NCBI GenBank assembly: GCA_963798485.1
Contig: CAWCTR010000007.1
Coordinates: 224,001-288,000 of the forward strand
Direction: 5' to 3'
DNA from: an uncultured delta proteobacterium
GTDB lineage: Bacteria > Desulfobacterota > Desulfomonilia > UBA1062
Length of the DNA: 64,000 bases
In this document: piece after piece, positions 32,147 through 41,226 of the stretch
Numbering within the stretch: position 1 is the stretch's first letter
Layout of the letters: every line of letters begins with the position of its first letter
Notes under the pieces: model-generated
What the model was told of the DNA's origin: nothing
Seen by the model: the letters and a program-made list of their open reading frames with translations, nothing else
The model's database searches: none
Made by a program: the position numbers and the translations under genes

Positions 32147-33160
32147 ATGAAAAAGATGCTGTTCATTGTCACATCGATTTTATTGTTCAGCCTGCCCCTA
32201 TGGGCAAAAGATGCCTACCGCATCGAGGTGCTTCAGGTTTCAAAGATCAACCCGTTTGACTGGTCATACGAGGGGTTTGTCGAGGAGCTTGCGAAAAACG
32301 GCCTTGTCAAGGGGCAGAACCTTGTCATCAACCGGCATATCATCGATGCAGATGCAGATGCAGGCATATGGAAGAAGGTCGGAATCCTGATGAAGATAAA
32401 AGGCACCGCAGGCGATATCATTGCGACCAAGCCGGATCTTGTGCTGACCATCAGCACGCCGGCAACCGAGTACAGCAAGGACAAGTTCATCAACGCGGGT
32501 ATACCGGTGGTATTCACCGGGGTTGCCATGCCTCAGGCCGTTGGATGCGCATCATTAACCAAATCCGGGCCGGGTTTTACCGGGGCATCGTTGTATCTCG
32601 ATCCGACAAGCGCCTTCAAGATAACCAAACTGGCCTTTCCCAAGCTCACGAAAATGGGGATCGTTCACAGCGATGACGACAATGCCGTCGCCTTTGTAAA
32701 AGAGGCCAAGGCAAAGGCTGCAGCCCTTGGGATTACGGTGATAAGCAAACAGGTGGGGAAATCGGATAACCCCACGGCAGCTACGGAAGAACTGATAAGC
32801 CAGGGGGCCCAGGCCTTCGGCATACCCATAGATGCCTACTTCGCACTCAGGAACTACGAGCCCCTAATGGAGCTGTTCAAAGTAACAGACCAGAAGAATA
32901 TACCTGTTATTAGTTTCTGCCATGTAGGGTTCCAGGGAGGTATTCTCTATGTGGGCTCCGAGTTCAAGAAGATCGGTGCACTTTCCGGTACCCAGGCGGT
33001 GAAGATCCTCAAGGAAGGCGCAAAGCCTGAGAATCTGCCGGTCTTGATCCAGGATGATCTTAAGATCCTCGTGGATCTGAAGGCAGCCAAGAAAATGGGG
33101 ATTGAGTTGCCTATGGGGATTCTGCAGATAGCCAAGACTGTTGAGTCTGAGAGGAAGTAA
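32147..33160 (+). CDS. ABC transporter substrate-binding protein (orphan)
   Basis: Signal peptide, PDLVLTISTPA, IPVVFTGV, DLKAAKKMGIELP. Confidence 0.8.
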   Translation: MKKMLFIVTSILLFSLPLWAKDAYRIEVLQVSKINPFDWSYEGFVEELAKNGLVKGQNLVINRHIIDADADAGIWKKVGILMKIKGTAGDIIATKPDLVLTISTPATEYSKDKFINAGIPVVFTGVAMPQAVGCASLTKSGPGFTGASLYLDPTSAFKITKLAFPKLTKMGIVHSDDDNAVAFVKEAKAKAAALGITVISKQVGKSDNPTAATEELISQGAQAFGIPIDAYFALRNYEPLMELFKVTDQKNIPVISFCHVGFQGGILYVGSEFKKIGALSGTQAVKILKEGAKPENLPVLIQDDLKILVDLKAAKKMGIELPMGILQIAKTVESERK

Positions 33161-33191
33161 TGTAATCAAGAAAAATTAATGAGGCCATAGG

Positions 33192-33239
33192 GGGGCGTTT
33201 CTCTTTTTCTCTCTAGAGTGCTCACCGGAGATACGCCCC
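33192..33239. terminator. Hairpin between convergent genes, possible terminator
   Basis: GGGGCGTTTCTC ... GAGATACGCCCC arms (1 mismatch). Confidence 0.35.
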
Positions 33240-33261
33240 TGAATTTCACCCAGGAACAGTT

Positions 33262-33813
33262 TCATACCCCAGGTTTCTCCTGCTTAGATGCAGGCGACAC
33301 ATTAATATCCACATGCAGGTGACGCCCCACCTCTTGCAGGGCAGCCTCCCAGTTTTGGCCGGGCAGGTCGGGTGGCACGACAACCAGGGCGGTCATGGAA
33401 AACAACGGGGCGCCACTGTTCGGCGCCTGGGTGGTCACCGTATCCATGGACTCAATATTGATGCCGCATTTTGAAAGGGTCTGCGCAATCTTATGAATGA
33501 TTCCTTCGTGATCTGCGCCAAGGACTTCAATCTTGTAGGGCAGCCATCCCGCATGGGCTTCAGCATAGGTCTGTTCCGTCCTGCTGGTTGTTACCTTGAA
33601 TCCCTGGCTTTTCAGGGTCTGTGTGCTTTTCCCCAGGTTGGCCAGTTGAGTTTCAGGTATGGAGACCAGCATCAAAACTGCAAACTCGCCTCCCAACCTG
33701 GCCATGCGGCTGGTTTCCACATTGCCGCCAAGGTCGAGCAGTAATTTCGTAATCTCTTCCACGAGCCCTGTTCGATCAGTACCGGTGAGGGTGAAAACGA
33801 TGTTTTTACGCAT
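33262..33813 (-). CDS. GcvR-like double ACT domain protein
   Basis: GTDRTGLV and GADHEGII ACT motifs. Confidence 0.85.
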   Translation of the reverse strand: MRKNIVFTLTGTDRTGLVEEITKLLLDLGGNVETSRMARLGGEFAVLMLVSIPETQLANLGKSTQTLKSQGFKVTTSRTEQTYAEAHAGWLPYKIEVLGADHEGIIHKIAQTLSKCGINIESMDTVTTQAPNSGAPLFSMTALVVVPPDLPGQNWEAALQEVGRHLHVDINVSPASKQEKPGV

Positions 33814-33868
33814 AATAATTTGTGTCCTTTCACTTTGCGGGCATCAGGCCCACCCCAATGGGAAAGAT

Positions 33869-34288
33869 TTATTTCTTCGGCGGGCTTGCCATGGCGTCGC
33901 CCTCCAGGATCTTTACACCGTCCTGGTTGACGCACCAGGTCTTCAGTTTCACCCGGTTCTTTTCCGTGTTGATCTCGGCTACCTCCACGTGGGCGGTAAC
34001 CGTATCGCCGATATGCACAGGGCCTAAAAACTTCAGCTCCTGGCTGATGTAGATAGTGCCCGGACCGGGCAGCTGCATGCCGATGGTAGAGGATACAAAG
34101 CCTGCGGCGAGCATGCCGTGGGCGATGCGGGTCTTGAAGAAGGTGTTCTTGGCATAGGCCTCATTCACGTGGGCCGGGTTGAAATCGCCCACAATACCTG
34201 CGAAGAGGTAGATGTCCGTTTCGGAGACGGTCTTTGAAAATTCTGCAAAATCACCGATCTTCATTTCATGAATGGACTTACCCAGCAT
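33869..34288 (-). CDS. phaJ: MaoC family (R)-specific enoyl-CoA hydratase, PhaJ-like
   Basis: GDFNPAH, IAHGML, LPGPG; located in the pha operon. Confidence 0.75.
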   Translation of the reverse strand: MLGKSIHEMKIGDFAEFSKTVSETDIYLFAGIVGDFNPAHVNEAYAKNTFFKTRIAHGMLAAGFVSSTIGMQLPGPGTIYISQELKFLGPVHIGDTVTAHVEVAEINTEKNRVKLKTWCVNQDGVKILEGDAMASPPKK

Positions 34289-34372
34289 GTGTCATCCTCC
34301 TTTATATTTTCATGTCAGATCTAGGAAGGTTTTTCCTCGGCGCATCTCCTAATTCTTCTTAATAATCACAGC

Positions 34373-35425
34373 TTAAAACCACGACCGGTGGCTCCAGATG
34401 TCATCCTTAAGGCACTGCATGTCCTGCTTCAGCAGTAGGTACATGGATGCGTTCTGGATGGCCAGACCGCCCAGGCCGGCAACGGCTTCTGCCAGCATGA
34501 CCTCGCCCTCGGTGAAATCCCTTTCTTCTGCGGTATAGTACCTCATGACGCCGATGACCTCGTCCTTGGCCTTGATGGGCACCGTAAGGATGGAGGTGAT
34601 ACCCTCCTTTTTTTTCTCATCCTTGTACTGAACCTCTTTGTTGCTCGTGGCGTCGTTGATGATCACGGTCTTTCCCTTGAGCGCCTCGGTGACGCTCTTC
34701 TCGATCCTCACCGGGCCCTTGTTCAGATACTTCTTGCTCAGGCCGTAACTGGCTACAAGCTCAAGGACCTGCTTGTCCTTATCGATGAGCCGTACGGAAA
34801 CCGCTTTGACCTCAAGGGCATGGGCCATGTCCACGGACAGACGCTCCATGATTATTTTTATATCCAGACTCTCGTTGAGCCCCTGGGCTATGTTGGTAAA
34901 GATGCGGATGTTCCGTGTGATCTGCATGACGAGACGGGCCCGCTCAATGGCCATTCCGCCCTGTTCGGCAAGCGCGGTGAGGAAAAGGATCTCGTCTTCG
35001 GAAAAGATCCGGGGCTTGTCGGTATACAGGGTGAGCACGCCCTTTACCCTCTCCTTTACGATGACCGGCACTACCAGGATGGATGCGATCCCTTCCTTCT
35101 TTTTGAGTTCGTGGGTCTTCACCCTCGGGTCTTTTGTGGCATCGTGGATGGCGACATATCCCTTTTTCATGATTTCTTCGGAAGCCCGCTTGGCCTCCCT
35201 GGGCTCGGCGTGGAGATAGCTCTTTGAGAGTCCTTTCTGGGCTATGGGGACAAAGATATCACTTTCTTTCTGCTCGTCTTCGAAGAAGAGGCATGCCGCC
35301 TTGCCATCCATGGTGTCAATGGCGCTCTGCACAATGAGGTCCAGCAGCTTTTCCTTTTTCAGCGTGGTGCCCAACGCCCTGCTCACCTTGCAGAATGTCT
35401 TGAAGTAATCGCTTTTCTCAGACAT
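34373..35425 (-). CDS. Tandem GAF-GAF protein with no output domain
   Basis: Two repeats of GLSK.YL...KKKEGI.SIL.VP...F...E. Confidence 0.8.
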   Translation of the reverse strand: MSEKSDYFKTFCKVSRALGTTLKKEKLLDLIVQSAIDTMDGKAACLFFEDEQKESDIFVPIAQKGLSKSYLHAEPREAKRASEEIMKKGYVAIHDATKDPRVKTHELKKKEGIASILVVPVIVKERVKGVLTLYTDKPRIFSEDEILFLTALAEQGGMAIERARLVMQITRNIRIFTNIAQGLNESLDIKIIMERLSVDMAHALEVKAVSVRLIDKDKQVLELVASYGLSKKYLNKGPVRIEKSVTEALKGKTVIINDATSNKEVQYKDEKKKEGITSILTVPIKAKDEVIGVMRYYTAEERDFTEGEVMLAEAVAGLGGLAIQNASMYLLLKQDMQCLKDDIWSHRSWF

Positions 35426-36626
35426 TTTCTATCTCCTTTGAGCGTGTGGTATTCTTTGTCCTGGTCGTCCACGAGGCCTTTGCAGCCTTTTTCGGCGTCT
35501 TGCGGACAGGCTGTTTTTTCACGGTCGTTTCTTTTTTCGGCATGTCTCTGTCCGTAAGCCACTGTACGATCTTTGGGGTGAATTCCCTCTGGGTCTTGGA
35601 GCTTACGTATATGCCGATGTGGCCTGTATCAAGGCAGAGATCTTCCTTGTCCGTGCCCCCTACTGCGCCGGTGAGCTTGTCTGCAGCCCCGGGCGGCACG
35701 AGGTGGTCGTATTGGCCGTAGATATTGAGGAGCGGCATGGTTATCTTTTTGAGGTCTACGCGCTTGTCTCCCACTACCAGCTGGCTCTTTATAAGGAGGT
35801 TCTTCTGGTAGCAGTCCTTCACGAACTGCCGGAAGGTCTCGCCCGGCACATCCGGGCTGTCAAAGATCCACTTCTCCATGCGGATGAAGTTCTCCACAAA
35901 GACCTTGTTGTCCATGTTCTCCATAAAACCCACATACTTGTCGATCATGAGGCGCGCCGGGTTCAGCAGGAGGAAACCGAAGTTCATGATGTCACCAGGC
36001 ATGTTGCCGAAGGAATCGATCATCAGGTCCACATCCACGTTTTTCATCCAGATGTGCAGCAGTCCCTGGTCGGTGTCAAAGTTGGTGGGCGATACCGTGG
36101 TCACAAGGTTTCTGACCTTCTCGGGGTGAAGGGCCGAATAGATCACACAAAAGGTACCCCCCATGCAGATGCCCATGAGATTAACCTTGTCCGCCTTGCA
36201 CCTGACCCTTATGTGGTCCACAATGTCGTCCATGTAACCGTTCACGTGGTCGTCTATGGTAAGGAACTTATCCTTCCTGGAGGGATACCCCCAGTCGATC
36301 ATGTACAGGTCGATACCGGCCTGAAGAAAGTTCTTCACCACGCTGCGCTCTGGCTGGAGATCGAGCATGGTCTCACGGTTTATAAGGGCATAGACTACCA
36401 GCAGCGGGGTGGTGATCTCTTTTGACGGCTCGCGCATGGGCAGGTAATGCTTCAGCTTGACACGGTCCTGCTGGTAGATCACCTCGTACGGGGTGGTGGC
36501 TATTGCTGTTTCCAAAGGACCCAGCAGCACCTCGGAGGCCTTTTGGGCACGGTCCTGGACCTTGTCCGCATCCTCGGCAAGGTGCTTCAGGATTATGTCG
36601 ACCGGGATCTTTGGTTTTTCCTCCAT
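35418..36626 (-). CDS. phaC: Class III poly(hydroxyalkanoate) synthase, catalytic subunit
   Basis: YALINR, GICMGG lipase-like box, DHLVP, GHIG. Confidence 0.92.
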   Translation of the reverse strand: MEEKPKIPVDIILKHLAEDADKVQDRAQKASEVLLGPLETAIATTPYEVIYQQDRVKLKHYLPMREPSKEITTPLLVVYALINRETMLDLQPERSVVKNFLQAGIDLYMIDWGYPSRKDKFLTIDDHVNGYMDDIVDHIRVRCKADKVNLMGICMGGTFCVIYSALHPEKVRNLVTTVSPTNFDTDQGLLHIWMKNVDVDLMIDSFGNMPGDIMNFGFLLLNPARLMIDKYVGFMENMDNKVFVENFIRMEKWIFDSPDVPGETFRQFVKDCYQKNLLIKSQLVVGDKRVDLKKITMPLLNIYGQYDHLVPPGAADKLTGAVGGTDKEDLCLDTGHIGIYVSSKTQREFTPKIVQWLTDRDMPKKETTVKKQPVRKTPKKAAKASWTTRTKNTTRSKEIENV

Positions 36627-36629
36627 AGT

Positions 36630-37412
36630 TTAGCCTCCGGATGCAGCCGACTTCTTGAGGTCCTTGTTCACCTTTTCCAGGTCCTTCACCCGTTTTTTGA
36701 GGTGATAGAGCTCGTCGTACAACTCGTCGAGGTCCTTGTTCGTGGGTATGGGCAATGACTGCAGGGCATCCGTAACGATCTGATTGCGGGCGCTCAGGTA
36801 GCCCTCATAGGAGCTCAGGGTATCGTTTAAGGTCTTGGTGTACTCGGACGTTTTGAACAGGGTCATGTAGTGGCCTTCGAGGATCTTCACCCATAATCGG
36901 TAGTACTCGTGGGGGTCTTCGGGGGTTTTGCCTTCCCGAATCTGTTCCTCGATCTTATCATGCAAAACCATGAATGCCTTCTCCATGGGGAGCATCAGGA
37001 CATGCATGAATTCGGCAAAGGCGGTGGAAAAGACATTGAACTTGTCAATGGTCTGGTAAAACCTTTCCTGATAAAAGCGCACCAGGCCGAGCTGGGGGAC
37101 CTTGAGGTACTGGCGTATCTCCTTGTCATAGAAGTCGGACCATACCTTGATGCTGTCCTGGTCCAAGTTTTCGAACCTATAGGCCTCGGTGCGTTTTCCA
37201 AGGTCCTTGAGTTTGTCTGCGGTCTGTTCATGGATCTTCAAAAAGCTCGACATGCCTGTCTGGAAGAATTTTGTCATGATGTCCGGCAGCGTTGCAAATC
37301 CACTTGCCAGGGCGCCTGCTGCGGACGGCTCGCTCATGGCGGAAGACAGGGTGCCCCAGGTTTTGATAATGGAGAGCAGGGCATCATTGGTATTCGATTG
37401 TTTCTCATCCAT
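36630..37412 (-). CDS. phaE: Class III PHA synthase subunit PhaE
   Basis: PQLGLVR, LPIPTNKDLDELYDELYHLKK; directly upstream of phaC. Confidence 0.85.
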   Translation of the reverse strand: MDEKQSNTNDALLSIIKTWGTLSSAMSEPSAAGALASGFATLPDIMTKFFQTGMSSFLKIHEQTADKLKDLGKRTEAYRFENLDQDSIKVWSDFYDKEIRQYLKVPQLGLVRFYQERFYQTIDKFNVFSTAFAEFMHVLMLPMEKAFMVLHDKIEEQIREGKTPEDPHEYYRLWVKILEGHYMTLFKTSEYTKTLNDTLSSYEGYLSARNQIVTDALQSLPIPTNKDLDELYDELYHLKKRVKDLEKVNKDLKKSAASGG

Positions 37413-37572
37413 AGTTCACCTCAAATCCGCTGCACTTCTGCCAGGGTTGAATCGATCATCCCAAAGGAGCGCTACTCCCTAGTACTACTTAGTAAGGTCA
37501 CAAAGGATTTTGTCAATGGAGATCTCTTTACCAAGGGATGGTAACATCAGGCCGTTGCAGGGGAATTGAGCC

Positions 37573-37601
37573 TTGACAAACAAAGGCCTCTTGCATATAA
37601 G
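37573..37601 (+). promoter_or_regulatory. Sigma70 promoter of tRNA-Gly
   Basis: TTGACA-N17-TATAAG, 10 nt before the tRNA. Confidence 0.7.
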
Positions 37602-37611
37602 TGGCGATGTC

Positions 37612-37686
37612 GCGGGAATAACTCAGTGGTAGAGTGTAACCTTGCCAAGGTTAAAGTCGCGGGTTCGAATCCCGTTTCCCGCTCCA
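37612..37686 (+). tRNA. tRNA-Gly(GCC)
   Basis: GCGGGAA/TTCCCGC acceptor stem, anticodon loop TTGCCAA, GTTCGAATC T-loop, encoded CCA. Confidence 0.97.
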
Positions 37687-37710
37687 GCCTTTTTTCTTAA
37701 TCTCATCCCC

Positions 37711-37747
37711 CATCACTTCGGTTAATGAAGTGGTGTTTTTTCTTTTT
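37711..37747 (+). terminator. Intrinsic terminator after tRNA-Gly
   Basis: CATCACTTC/GAAGTGGTG stem followed by a T-run. Confidence 0.7.
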
Positions 37748-37918
37748 GGGCTGATACCCAAATGTGGTTTTGAGCATATGAAACGAATAGAGATTCTTCA
37801 CTTCGTTCAGAATGACAGTAAAATGATAAGTTAGGTTGTCATCCTGAGCCGAAGCCCTGAGCGAAGTGAAGGGGCAGCGAAGGATCTATAAAACCAATGA
37901 GCATTTGGGCAACAGCCC
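37748..37918. mobile_element. 171-bp MITE-like element with 17-bp imperfect terminal inverted repeats, enclosing an inverted pair of REP-like palindromes
   Basis: GGGCTGATACCCAAATG ... CATTTGGGCAACAGCCC (15/17); inner AGATTCTTCACTTCGTTCAGAATGACA and TGTCATCCTGAGC...CGAAGGATCT. Confidence 0.55.
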
Positions 37919-37937
37919 GTTTTCAGAATACACATCA

Positions 37938-37975
37938 CCCCTCCCCTTCAAGGGGAGGTTTGGGTGGGGATGGGG
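37938..37975. repeat. REP-like palindrome (CCCTCCCC...GGGGAGG...GGGATGGGG type)
   Basis: CCTCCCCTT-C-AAGGGGAGG hairpin plus G-rich tail. Confidence 0.55.
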
Positions 37976-37982
37976 TTATCGG

Positions 37983-38186
37983 ATTATTGTCCCTTTCTTT
38001 TGGCGCCAAAAGAAAGGGACGAAAGAAAAGGCGCCCCGTGAACCCGCCCTTCGGGTCCGTTCGCTCGCTTGGAAAATCCGGGCCGCGGCTGAACTCGCTC
38101 CGTTTCACTCCGCTCAGACAGACGCCGCTGTTCCCCCGGATTTTCCCGCACTCGCTCACCGGGTTCAAGGGGACGAACAAAAACCC
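37983..38186 (+). repeat. ~204-bp structured repeat element, copy A (left flank of cassette array)
   Basis: Near-identical reverse complement at 44812-45015; terminal hairpin GTCCCTTTCTTTTGGCGCCAAAAGAAAGGGAC. Confidence 0.9.
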
Positions 38187-38339
38187 TGCATGAGCATCAC
38201 TTGCGAGCCGGACAATCAAGCCTCAGGGAAAAAACCTTTTAAGATTCTTTCCTTGATCAAATCCAGCCAATGAAGTAAGCTGTAATATGTGAAGTGCTAT
38301 AGGTTTCAGAGACATATCGTCTTCAGAATTTTCTGCAGT

Positions 38340-38405
38340 TTATCTGTATTATGCCCTTATACAGAATTCTGCATTATCAATAATTCTGTATAGTAATTGT
38401 TGGGC
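38340..38405 (+). other. Putative attI-like or secondary integration site preceding the first cassette
   Basis: AT-rich stretch ending in core G/TTGGGC at 38399; 11-bp inverted repeat TATACAGAATT/AATTCTGTATA; no upstream AAC box, so not an attC. Confidence 0.45.
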
Positions 38406-38430
38406 CTTTATCAAGGAGGAGATAGCATCT

Positions 38431-38889
38431 ATGGATCTCAATCTAAGCTGGCACAAACATCTACCATTAACGGATGACTCAGAGAACAACGGCGTCTACA
38501 CAGTTGATCTCTCTCGTATTCCAAACTCCGCAGGTATCTATATGTTCTTTCGGGTCCACGGGGATTCGGCCAAGTGCCTCTATGTCGGAAAGGCAACAAA
38601 CCTGAAGGCCCGGATCAAGACGCAACTGAATAATTCGAAGCTAATGCAAGGCATCAAGAACTCGGCCACGGGAGCGCGGAGGTTGATATTCGGGGAGTTC
38701 ATCGCAAAACCCGGCCAACAAGAAGAGAGAAGTTTGTTGGCTATGGAACGCACACTGATTAGACACTACCTTTCGCTGGGTGAACAGTTGTTGAATATCA
38801 AAGGCACACGGATGGTAAAGAACTCAGTCACTTCTGACCGTCCAGAACTGAAGAGTTTCATCCCTCATGTGATTTACTTCGAGGAGTGA
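38431..38889 (+). CDS. GIY-YIG nuclease family protein (integron cassette 1)
   Basis: SAGIYMF...LYVGKATNLKARI, conserved E and N; bounded by GTTGGGCC (38399) and its complement GGCCCAAC (38896). Confidence 0.8.
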   Translation: MDLNLSWHKHLPLTDDSENNGVYTVDLSRIPNSAGIYMFFRVHGDSAKCLYVGKATNLKARIKTQLNNSKLMQGIKNSATGARRLIFGEFIAKPGQQEERSLLAMERTLIRHYLSLGEQLLNIKGTRMVKNSVTSDRPELKSFIPHVIYFEE

Positions 38890-38896
38890 GTGCATG

Positions 38897-38991
38897 GCCC
38901 AACAAGGCGCTCCAGGCGGACCCCTGGGGCCGTCAGTCCTTGCAAAGTTTTCCGTTCACCTGCCCCAGGGGCCGCTGAGCTTGGCCGTTAT
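38897..38991 (+). other. Integron attC site 1 (R' box interrupted by intron)
   Basis: R'' GCCCAAC; arms GCTC(C)AG(G)CGG(A)CCCCTGGGGC / GCCCCAGGGGCCGCTGAGC with extrahelical bases; R' GTTAT|GA. Confidence 0.9.
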
Positions 38992-39635
38992 TCGCGATGC
39001 GAAGTTGCATAATCGAATGTGATTACAGGAGGATAGAGAAACTGGAAATCACCTGGTGTGTCTCCGCCAGTACCCTAGGACGGCATGCGTGCTGTGCGTT
39101 GTGCAGCGGGTGTGAAGCCCGTCCGACAATGTACCGAACCGGGAGGAAGCCGTGAGGTGGAATCCCATCCGAGAATCCCGCTCGGTTAAGGGCTAGGGTC
39201 AGGGCAATATGGCGAGAACAGGCAAAGGATTTCACGCGCCGTCAGACGAGCAACGGACCTACAGGGATTAAGAGGTCTAAGACGTGCTTCTCATGTGTTT
39301 GCACGTGTGGGGAGGTTGCAGGTTGCTAACGTACCTGCACGGGTCCTAATAAGCCACCGGCGTTCAAGTCCCGCCTACGTTGTCCACAATGGTCGATTAT
39401 GCAGAACGCAGTAACCCCACCCCTTCGCCCGGTGCAAGACCTGGCAGGCATTACCGTAAGGCGTGCTGTCGGAGCGGTGGGAAAGAGAGGTCGGAAGAAG
39501 CAAATGCCGCAGGTAACGCTACGGATAGGGCATGAGACATGGCCCGACGCGAAAACCGGGAGCATCAGCCCCGGTGAGAGCGTGCAGACGTCCGACCGGT
39601 GTCTTGGTGCGAGAGAACTTGGAGAACCTTTGGAG

Positions 39636-41135
39636 ATGGGAAGGCAAAAGACGGCTGATAAGGCTGGTGCACTCATCGCTGACGCGCAGAAGTGGAAATC
39701 CATTGACTGGAGAGACTTAAGGCGTCAGGTCAGAAGGCTGCAGGTACGTATCGCACAGGCTGTGAAGGAAACCAGGTGGAACAAGGTAAAGGTGCTTCAG
39801 TATCTGTTAACCCGCTCGTTATACGCCAAGCTGATGGCTGTGAAACGGGCGACCTCCAACAAGGGGAAGAATACCCCTGGCGTTGACGGCGTCTTGTGGC
39901 GAAGCGCCCGAGCCAAATGGCGGGCTGCGTGCAGCCTGCGCAGACGTGGCTACAAGCCTCAGCCGCTCAGGCGGATTTATATCCCGAAGAAGAATGGGAA
40001 GAGGAGACCTCTATCGATCCCAACCATGCAGGATCGGGCAATGCAGGCACTGTATAAACTGGCACTGGCCCCGGTAGCGGAAACAACTGCCGACAGAAAT
40101 TCCTACGGCTTCCGTGAAGGACGGTCGTGTGCCGATGCAGTAGCAGCAGCATTCAATGCCCTGTCCAAGCCGAACTCGGCAACCTGGGTGATGGAGGGAG
40201 ACATCGAAGGATGTTACGACAACATCTCCCATGACTGGATTCTCAGAAACATTCCGATGGATAAGACCGTGCTGCACAAGTGGCTGAAGGCAGGGTACGT
40301 GGAAGACAACAAAACGTATCCGACCCGCAGAGGAACACCGCAAGGAGGGATAATCAGCCCGACCATTGCAAACATGACGCTCGACGGTCTGGAGGAGGTC
40401 ATCCAACGTGCAGTCCCCCGTCGAAGCCGAGTCAACTTCATCCGCTATGCCGATGACTTCATCATAACAGGCAAATCAAAACGTCTGTTGGAAGAAGACA
40501 TCAAGCCTGCGGTGGAGATGTTTCTTGCGGAACGCGGTCTATCCTTATCACCAGCCAAGACTGCGATCACCTACATCAAGAACGGGTTTACGTTCCTCGG
40601 GCAAACTTTCCGAAAGCATGGACGGGTGCTGCACATCACTCCGGCAAAAGAGGGAGTCCTCGCCCTCGTACGGAAGTTGGGAACGATTATCCGCAAACAC
40701 GTCAGCGCGCCGATGCCGGTCCTGATCAAGGAGTTGAATCAGACACTCCGAGGCTGGGCCAATTACCACCGCCACGTGGTAGCGTCGGATGCCTTCTGTC
40801 GCATCGACACCTATGTCTTCGAACAGTTGTGGCGTATGGTGCACAGGCGTCATCAGAGCAAGCCCGTGAAATGGCTGATCAAGGAATACTGGACAGCCTC
40901 GGGTCTAAAACATATATTTGCAGTACGCTCGAAAGATGCCAAAGGTCGAGTAAAAGTATATCAGGTTCTCAGAGTATGCACCATAGGCATTCGAAGGCAT
41001 AGGAAGATCAAAGCAGACGCGAACCCTTACTTGCCGGAATACGCTGCTTACTACTGGCAGCGCAGGCATGAAAAGGAAAGCAAACTGCTTGCGGCCCTCT
41101 CTGCTCGACAGATTCGAGCGATGAAGGCCGCTTAG
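39636..41135 (+). CDS. ltrA: Group II intron reverse transcriptase/maturase (RVT_N, RT, X; no HNH domain)
   Basis: WKSIDW...VRRLQVRI, TPGVDG, GTPQGGIISP, RYADDF, LRGWANY; start inferred because the upstream in-frame extension overlaps ribozyme domains II-III. Confidence 0.9.
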   Translation: MGRQKTADKAGALIADAQKWKSIDWRDLRRQVRRLQVRIAQAVKETRWNKVKVLQYLLTRSLYAKLMAVKRATSNKGKNTPGVDGVLWRSARAKWRAACSLRRRGYKPQPLRRIYIPKKNGKRRPLSIPTMQDRAMQALYKLALAPVAETTADRNSYGFREGRSCADAVAAAFNALSKPNSATWVMEGDIEGCYDNISHDWILRNIPMDKTVLHKWLKAGYVEDNKTYPTRRGTPQGGIISPTIANMTLDGLEEVIQRAVPRRSRVNFIRYADDFIITGKSKRLLEEDIKPAVEMFLAERGLSLSPAKTAITYIKNGFTFLGQTFRKHGRVLHITPAKEGVLALVRKLGTIIRKHVSAPMPVLIKELNQTLRGWANYHRHVVASDAFCRIDTYVFEQLWRMVHRRHQSKPVKWLIKEYWTASGLKHIFAVRSKDAKGRVKVYQVLRVCTIGIRRHRKIKADANPYLPEYAAYYWQRRHEKESKLLAALSARQIRAMKAA

Positions 41136-41226
41136 GAGGTATCACAGTCGGGCCGCTCCACAGGAGCTGCCTTCAAAGATGCTTGAGCCGTATGATGGGA
41201 AACTATCACGTACGGTTCTGAGGGGG

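Noticed and set aside
37748-38186. CRISPR array
   Set aside because: No regularly spaced direct repeats and no cas genes.
37866-38273. ORFs over the repeat region (also 44748-44960)
   Set aside because: They are translations of the palindromic elements; the same pseudo-peptide appears at both repeat copies.
39399-39635. 79-aa N-terminal extension of the outer intron RT
   Set aside because: It overlaps ribozyme domains II-III; RT-like sequence begins after about 39636.
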